In this document: one piece after another, positions 7,799-14,900 of the stretch
Layout of the letters: every line of letters begins with the position of its first letter
Position numbering within the stretch: position 1 is the stretch's first letter
DNA from: Thermoplasmata archaeon
GTDB taxonomy: Archaea > Thermoplasmatota > Thermoplasmata > Thermoplasmatales > GCA-001856825
Length of the DNA: 64,000 nucleotides
NCBI GenBank assembly: GCA_021787125.1
Contig: JAJYMI010000076.1
Location: forward strand, 264-64,263
Direction: 5' to 3'
Translations under genes and position numbers: made by a program
Notes under the pieces: generated by a model
The model's input: only the letters and a program-made list of their open reading frames with translations
What the model was told of the DNA's origin: nothing
The model's database searches: none

Positions 7799-8983
7799 AT
7801 GTCGCAAGAGTTGATACATCTCATCGATTCTCCATTCCGGTCAAGGAAGTCAAAATATTTTACAGTATTTGGTTCTGAGCGTACCTTTGATCTATTAATA
7901 TCCAACAAGTTCTACCCGACAATTCTACCTGCCAGTGGTAAGCTCATTTCTTTAACTGTAACCACTGAAAACCTTGAGAACAAGTTCGATTATATCCAAA
8001 AGAGTTACAATAAAATCATAACTGCTAACCTTTCACAAACCAACGAAATTGACAATTTTGTAACCTACGGAAAGTTTTCTACTTATGAAGTTTCTGACAG
8101 GGTATACAGTGTTTACCTTGATTCTCTTAATCTAAATATCTTATCCACCCCTCCATTGGTGATTGAAAAAGAGATTGAAGGCAAGAAGAATAATGAGATT
8201 ATAGGGAAGACTCGACATTTTCAATGGGCTTCTTACTCACGCTACGGAAAGGACTCAATAGACGCAACTTTCAACATAATAATAGTAAACTTTCCACGGA
8301 CTAATCTGCGATATAGTGGTCATACAATAATCAACTTTAGAGGACAGGAACTACTTGTATCATCGATTTTTGCAAAAATGCTTGTTTCGGGGCGAGATGG
8401 AAATTTCTCATTCGTTTTCGTAAAGCTCGTGTTTGATCCTTCTCTGTTTAATGAAATTCTACGAAATGATTTAGTTGCTTGTGTTCTCCAAGTCTACACG
8501 CTATACAACATAAAAGATGGAAATAAGGATATTCAGCCTATCAACTATGTAACTGCAGTTGTCCCGTTCTTCGGGTCATATGAAGAACTGATTCCTTTTT
8601 TCTGCAACCAATTCTCTGAGGAGGGGTATAGCAGGAAGTGCATAGTTGATAAGAAAATAATGGAGAAACTACGTTTTCAGATACTGGAAGGTTCAAGGAC
8701 AGAGGATAAAGAAGTACACCTTGAAAGCAATGTTTACTCACTCCGCGAACACCAGGAATGCTTCGAATATTCAATACTCAGACCTGAATCAATTCTTAGA
8801 TTTATTGAAGGGGCCGTGTCTAGTGACTTAGGTCGGTCCATTTTGGAGAACACAGTTTCTGACGGAGATATAAAACAAGAAGCGCAGCACTTGGTTGAGC
8901 AACTTAAGAATAGCTCTTTCATTAATGGCACACTTATAAATCCCGGTTTGAAACGCTCTATACTTGAAGCATTTAAAGTTTAG
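7799..8983 (+). CDS. Hypothetical 394-aa protein, no recognisable motif
   Basis: ORF track. Lies 17 nt after the PLD gene and 44 nt before the TGT-like gene, with the same AT-rich composition. Confidence 0.6.
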   Translation: MSQELIHLIDSPFRSRKSKYFTVFGSERTFDLLISNKFYPTILPASGKLISLTVTTENLENKFDYIQKSYNKIITANLSQTNEIDNFVTYGKFSTYEVSDRVYSVYLDSLNLNILSTPPLVIEKEIEGKKNNEIIGKTRHFQWASYSRYGKDSIDATFNIIIVNFPRTNLRYSGHTIINFRGQELLVSSIFAKMLVSGRDGNFSFVFVKLVFDPSLFNEILRNDLVACVLQVYTLYNIKDGNKDIQPINYVTAVVPFFGSYEELIPFFCNQFSEEGYSRKCIVDKKIMEKLRFQILEGSRTEDKEVHLESNVYSLREHQECFEYSILRPESILRFIEGAVSSDLGRSILENTVSDGDIKQEAQHLVEQLKNSSFINGTLINPGLKRSILEAFKV

Positions 8984-9027
8984 AAGCATCGTAAGAAACT
9001 ATAATAGCCTTCAGGTCCTATATTAAT

Positions 9028-10170
9028 GTGAAGATGATCCCAATTTTTGTCGCTGATAGGCCATTTTCCTTAAAAATACTGGAGGGACTGAAGTGTCAAG
9101 GATATCCATTCGGCATTTTGTCCCACGTATTTACCTCGAAAAATTTTAAGGAGAAATTTAAGGATTTTACTCTGGCAACGATAAAGGTCGGGGATTCAGG
9201 AATTTACCAAGGACAAGATGTTAGCTATGAATACCTGTTCAGCCAATACGTAAAAATGGGAGTCAGCCATGGTATCATAAAGGACTACTACAGAGATCCC
9301 GAATTGACTTTAAGTAGCGCAAAAGAAGCTATTAAAATACATAACACCGGTGACTATAACAAGAGTTTCGAACTTGTTGGAGTCGCCCAAGGAAGGTCGG
9401 TTGAGGAATATGTCGAGAGTTACAGGAAACAGAAAAAAATGGGCTACGAAATGGTTGCAATTGGCGGGCTTCTAGACAAAGTACAGAGGCACGTAAGACT
9501 AGTTAAGGTGAAAAGAGAAGAATTATTAGAGGAAACCTTAAGAACAATAAGAGAGCATTATCCACAGGATAGACTGTTTCCACTAGGAACTTTTAACAGA
9601 GCAAGAATAAAACTCTTCAAGGAAGTTGGAGTCTGGGGATCAGATTATAAAGGCTGGATTTTCAAATATAATCTGGAAGAAAGTCACATTCAGAACAACA
9701 GGACAGAACAGACTCGAAATTACATTGAGACAAAGGTATTTCCCATACTGGGTAAAGAAAGACTGCTCATACTTTCTTGCTCCGATTCCAAGAGAATTGG
9801 AATCGGCAAGGCAATTGACATTTATGATGGGCCGGCCTACAAAATTGTAAGAAAGTATCTCAGGCATAACAATGGTTTAGACGTGCGAATAATCTCAGCG
9901 AAGTACGGCATAATCAGCAAGGATACCCTAATAGAAGATTACAACGAAAGACTCACTCCAGAGAAGGCATCTGTATACAGGACTAGGTATTCGCAAGAAA
10001 TCAGAACGCTGAGTTCAGCGTATGGTGAGGTATTAATATATGGGGGCAGCACTTATCAATCTGTATTCAAAAATGTGGAAGTAAAAAGGACAAACGGAAG
10101 AATTGGAGAACAGTTATCGCAGCTCAAGAAATGGCTTTATTCTCAAGATCAACCGAGTTCATCTTCTTAG
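9028..10170 (+). CDS. TGT-fold (tRNA-guanine transglycosylase / DpdA-like) domain fused to a DUF6884-like C-terminal domain
   Basis: TGT-like motifs: VGDSGIYQG (DSG at 9193-9201, compare TGT DSGGFQ), MVAIGGLL (9457-9471, compare AIGGL), LFPLGTFN...VGVWGSDYKGW. C-terminal region from 9763: LLILSCSDSKR...IDIYDGPAYK...RIISAKYGII. With only two Cys, the canonical TGT zinc site is absent. ATG 9034 is an alternative start. Confidence 0.65.
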   Translation: MKMIPIFVADRPFSLKILEGLKCQGYPFGILSHVFTSKNFKEKFKDFTLATIKVGDSGIYQGQDVSYEYLFSQYVKMGVSHGIIKDYYRDPELTLSSAKEAIKIHNTGDYNKSFELVGVAQGRSVEEYVESYRKQKKMGYEMVAIGGLLDKVQRHVRLVKVKREELLEETLRTIREHYPQDRLFPLGTFNRARIKLFKEVGVWGSDYKGWIFKYNLEESHIQNNRTEQTRNYIETKVFPILGKERLLILSCSDSKRIGIGKAIDIYDGPAYKIVRKYLRHNNGLDVRIISAKYGIISKDTLIEDYNERLTPEKASVYRTRYSQEIRTLSSAYGEVLIYGGSTYQSVFKNVEVKRTNGRIGEQLSQLKKWLYSQDQPSSSS

Positions 10171-10267
10171 GAACTTCTTTCCCATAAAATCTCGCCAATT
10201 ATCTAATAGATTTAATCATTCTTCCAGAAATCGCGTTATCCCTTAGACATCCGACCTTTCAACTTGC

Positions 10268-10600
10268 TCACTTTTCGTTCTTCTTGGCAAGTACAACTTT
10301 CTTCCGTTGATCACACATTGATTTTATTTTTTCCCAGCCATCAAACCCCGCCAGTAAGGATTTGGCATATTTCTCGTCACTGTCCAATATATCGCATGCT
10401 TGAAACAATAAATCTTCTTTGTAGAACTTTTGATTTGTTACTTTCAATGGATATTGCTCTTCACTGAAATTGACTAAAGCCTCCCACAAAGTAAATGCAG
10501 GGCCACTCTTGCTGTTTGCAAGTAATTCACCACGTCCTTTCAAAAATCTATAGATAGGATCTTCCCATTCTGGTATGATGCCTTGAGTCATTTTACTCAC
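10268..10600 (-). CDS. Hypothetical 110-aa protein
   Basis: ORF track only. Confidence 0.5.
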   Translation of the reverse strand: MSKMTQGIIPEWEDPIYRFLKGRGELLANSKSGPAFTLWEALVNFSEEQYPLKVTNQKFYKEDLLFQACDILDSDEKYAKSLLAGFDGWEKIKSMCDQRKKVVLAKKNEK

Positions 10601-10789
10601 CCATTTTAGTAAAATGCGTAAGATGCTATAAAAGTATTTGATATTTAAGTCTTAAAAGGCAACGCACCTTTGTAATTTGTTCATAAGAGATCATTTAGAC
10701 GGTTCCCTAATACCTTCCATTGGCGCTACTACACTCTTAATCTTTTTCCTGTACGCGTCGAAATATCAAAAGAGGAAAATCCAGAGAGA

Positions 10790-11047
10790 CTAAATTAATT
10801 CGAGTTCTTCCATCAACTCATCCACCCTCTCGTTAGATATCTTCGTAATCACAAAACTTATATTCTCCTTCAGGAACTTGAAACATTGGTCTATGGTACT
10901 GGAGACCTCACTACCCTTCATTATGATTTTGAAGTCGATGTCCCACTGTCCCTTTCTTCCGTTGATAAATTCCTTGCCAAATCGATTCATTCTCCCTTCC
11001 CTCCATCCTAATCTCATCCAGAACTTCCTCCAGGTTTCTTTGACCAA
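10790..11047 (-). CDS. Small conserved protein (paralog of ORF 2897-3121); N-terminus uncertain
   Basis: GKEFINGRKGQWDIDF...FVITKISNERVDELMEELELI aligns with the 74-aa paralog. Upstream, 11047-11290 shows frame-disrupted coding on the minus strand. Confidence 0.5.
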   Translation of the reverse strand: MVKETWRKFWMRLGWREGRMNRFGKEFINGRKGQWDIDFKIIMKGSEVSSTIDQCFKFLKENISFVITKISNERVDELMEELELI

Positions 11048-11325
11048 GCTCCTTCAAACCGTCTTTCCATACCAAGGTAGTCTGTCGATGTGTAAAATTG
11101 CAACTCACGAAGATCATTCCCCTAAGACTTCGTGGCCATCCGGCTGTGACTCAATCAGGTCCAATTCTTTGAACAAGAATGCTATCAATTCTTCCTTTGT
11201 AGTCGTCCCCTTGTTTCCATCCTTCCCTGGTCATATGCGTCCAGAGTTTCCAATTCATCTTTGCTTATCGTTAGCATCGTGGTTAGAATTTTTGGTTACT
11301 TATCTAAGGATTTTACTGGCATTTG

Positions 11326-11354
11326 ATAAATGAAAAAAGTGAAGAAATGAATTC
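11326..11354. repeat. Direct repeat, left copy (ATAAATGAAAAAAGTGAAGAAATGAATTC)
   Basis: Core 11331-11354 matches 19038-19061 at 23/24 nt. TACTGGC is also shared upstream (11314-11320 and 19008-19014). Confidence 0.55.
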
Positions 11355-11386
11355 GAAATTTAACTCAAAGTAAATCTCTTAAATCT

Positions 11387-11944
11387 CTACCTAATCGAAG
11401 TGTGCCTTCTATTATAGAGCTCAAGTTTTGATTTCAAAATCTCTGATACGTCAGTCTCATTTTCTGCAGGGTACAACTTGTCATCTGGAATATTGGCGTA
11501 CCTAATCCTTGCATCTAGCCTCTTGCCAGCAAGATCAGAACTCCAGCCTTTCACACGGTAGCATATTACAAGTCTCTTTAGGGACCACGCAAAAGCCAGT
11601 TCAGACAGTGTTCCTGCTCCTCCACCCATCGCTACCACTGCATTTCCGTTTGCCACTATTAAATTTCTGAATTCATCCAGCCCAGACGCTATTACTATGT
11701 CTGCAACTCCTTCTGCGACCTTAGGATCAAATCCAGGAAGGATCGCAATGATGTCACCATCCGTGTAATTCGAGGATTTCCTCCCTCCCACCGAAAGGGC
11801 CCTAGGGAGAGACCCAATTCCTCCCGAGAGTATTCTGTACCCGTCGTCAATAAGCCTTCTCCCCAGCGAAACCGCAAGATTCCATTTTTCCGATCCCTCT
11901 GGGATGTTCCTGTCCCCTATAACGGAAATGATTGGCTTACTCAT
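11387..11944 (-). CDS. LOG / TIGR00725-type SLOG Rossmann-fold protein
   Basis: ISVIGDRN...LSGGIGSLPRA...AILPG...RNLIVANGNAVVAMGGGAGTLSELAFAW (GGGxGTxxE motif). Overlaps the end of the megaprotein gene by 8 nt. Confidence 0.75.
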   Translation of the reverse strand: MSKPIISVIGDRNIPEGSEKWNLAVSLGRRLIDDGYRILSGGIGSLPRALSVGGRKSSNYTDGDIIAILPGFDPKVAEGVADIVIASGLDEFRNLIVANGNAVVAMGGGAGTLSELAFAWSLKRLVICYRVKGWSSDLAGKRLDARIRYANIPDDKLYPAENETDVSEILKSKLELYNRRHTSIR

Positions 11945-14900
11945 TTTGATAATACCCCCTTTTCTCTAAAATCCCTCCTATAATTCTTTCATTTTCTTCT
12001 CTGCTTCTCTTCTTTTTGTCTGCAGATGGGTCGTAGAAATATATCAGTTGCTTTATCCACACAGGAGATTTCGCCATCTCCACTATCGGTATCATGAAGG
12101 CCCAGTCCTCAGCCTGCGGAATCCACTTGCCATCCAACTTAAAGTCTTCCTCGTCTATCTCATCAAACAGATATTTTCTGAATGTTCTCAGATGCTGCCA
12201 GACGTTTCCTCCCCTGTTCTTCCTCGGGTTGACAAAATTGACCTGGTAATAGGAATGCTTATCCGCCCTCAGCATTGAACCAACGGTCACATCCGCTCCC
12301 TCTCTGTATTTGGTTACCACAGTATCCACAACATCCCTTCCTATGAGTGCATCATCCGCATCGACCATAGCAATGATAGAATTGGGATTCTTGCATATTT
12401 TTCTGACCGCGAAATTTACGTTTTCCATGGGGGTCAATGCTTCAAGATTCCTCATGATAGTCATTCTCTCCCTGACTCCAGGGAAGACAAGATTCTCCAC
12501 GTACTCCAGCATGCCGTTCCTGGAGGATGCATCGATAAACACCATTCCGAACGATTGATTTCGCTGAGAGAACAGTGAATCAAAACATCTCCTCACTTTG
12601 GAGATGGGTACATCCCGCCCCCTGATTATGACGACCACCTCTTCGTTTCGTTCCCCTGACCAGTCCGCGACAGATCCGACAAGATCCACTCTGCCCTTCT
12701 GTGGTGGAAACACATTTCCTATCTCCAACGATTTCACGATGTTGAACCAGTCATTGAATTCGGACTTCCTTTCGTTTGGAATGTGAATGAAGAAGGTCGA
12801 TCCAATCGGAGCCCTGAGAGAGTGGAGGCCATCTTTCAAGATTGCCCTGTCAATGCTTCTGTGCCACGGGAAAACAAGTCTCCCCTCCTCGTCCACCTCA
12901 TTTTCCAGCGGCAGGAATTTCTCCAACCTATCGAGGGAAATCAGTGAATTCCTGACTTCGATCCTCCAATCCACTCTTTCATAGTAGCTTTCCCTTCTTT
13001 CTCCCGAACCCGCGACTGGAAATGAAACGGAGATAGCCCTCTCATCGTTTTCCAGAATGTCGATCATCTCTTGTAGGAAGTTGGATCGAGGTCCATCCCT
13101 CCATATAATTGAGTCTCCATCGCACTGCAGCACGTACTTCGTCCTGCAGTTCTGAAATCCATAGAGTGTGGTCAGGATGGGCTGACCGTTAGAGCTCCTC
13201 ACTTTGTCGCTCTCCAATCCGAACCATCGTCTGCTTATTCCCTTCCGAATGGTGGGATCATCGGGCAGGACAAGGTATCTATCCAGGGTCCCTTCCGCGA
13301 CAAGAGAATCAAGCGTCTGAATGAGATTCTCAAAATCCCCCTCATCGTATTGCCTGTTGAATCCTTCTTCCTCCATGTCGGTGACCGCTACCCTTTCCCT
13401 GAATGCTCTGGGAGAATCCAGTTGGTTCACCAGATGCCGTATCTGCATGTTGGCAGTTTTCCATTCCATTGCTGAAATTTTTATCAGGAGGGTCGCATTC
13501 TGGTTTACAACTTGCATCACTGGGCTCAAAACGAAGAGCATCAGGTCGCTCCCGGGTGAAAGATTGTTAAAATCCAAGGATGGCAATTCGTGAACTTCGT
13601 CAATGCTGAATCCTGCTTCCGTGAAGAGCTTTGAGTACCAGTCAAAGGGTCTGTGATAGTCCTCCCTTCTCTTGAAGGTGCTCTTCACGATCTTCTCGTA
13701 TCTGGTCAACTTGGAGTACTCTGGAAGTGGAGAAGCCACTAACGAGTGCTCGCTCTCCTCTTGCTCATTGCTGAAGGGATTACAGACTCCGATCAGCGCC
13801 CTACCTCCTTTTTTTACCAATCGTCTTATATTGGTCATTATCTTGTTTGCTTCAGCATCCTTTACCTCACACAGTACCTGGTTAGCCAGGACAAGGTCAA
13901 ACTTCCTTCTTCCCGCGGAGTTATCGTTTATCTGTGATTCTGACATGCTCTTGATTCTATTTTCTCCAGTATGCCTCTTGTTGAATTTCTCATAATCTAA
14001 GTCGTAAACCCAGACCCGTGCTTGCCCAGAAATCAGATCGGCCAGCCAACCGTTGCCAGTTCCGTAATCCAAGACCGTTTTCGGACCGAGGCCCCTGATA
14101 ATTTTTTCAATAAGTCCGTACAACCGATCGTGTAACGACCCTGCGTCCAACGATGACCTGAAATACTCAAACCCGTACAACTCCGGCATGTCGTATTCCT
14201 TCAGAGTCCTATGCGCTAGTTCCTTGAAATCGCTCCTGAAGTGCCACCTATAAGTTAGAAATGCTCTCCTGCACATGTTGTCGTAGTAACCGTCGGAAAA
14301 CCCAACGATGCTGGTTCCCAAGTCAACATACATCACCCGCGAGCCGCTGACGATGAGGTTATCAGGGGAAATGTTGGTGAGACAGATACCTGCTGCCCTG
14401 CACTCCTGCAGAAGTTCCATTATAGAACTGAGATATCCGCCATGGTACATTTCGCCCTCCACAAACGAGGAGACCAAGATTACTCTGCCTTCAGAGACGA
14501 CCACCTTTTCTATTCCAGCCAGATGCTTCAGTTGCAGATTGGAATTCGCAATCTTCCGAAGAAGTTCGAGCCTCCCGTGCTCAAAGTGCTGGGCTCCATG
14601 ATGAAAATACTTGTAGGATCTTGTACCGTCAGAAAGAACGATGCCTTCGCTTCCTTCTCCCAGCAGCCTGAGACGCCGTCGACCAAATTTCTTTTCGATG
14701 ACGTTCTTCGCATCTTCGATTTCTTCAGTGCTTGCGTGAACGGGCAATTTCTCACGATAGGAGACACAGTAGGATTCCAAGTTTTCTAGAAATTCTGTCA
14801 ATTCTTTTCTCGCATTCGCGAGTGATTCCATTTGTCCCGTCAAGTTGGGCGGTGAGAATTCATTCTCGATTTTTTGGAGGGTCTCTTCGACGGCACCGGA

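Noticed and set aside
10878-11333. 151-aa + strand ORF
   Set aside because: It is antisense to the small paralog gene and to frame-broken coding remnants on the minus strand, and its composition is Leu/Ser/Pro-rich.
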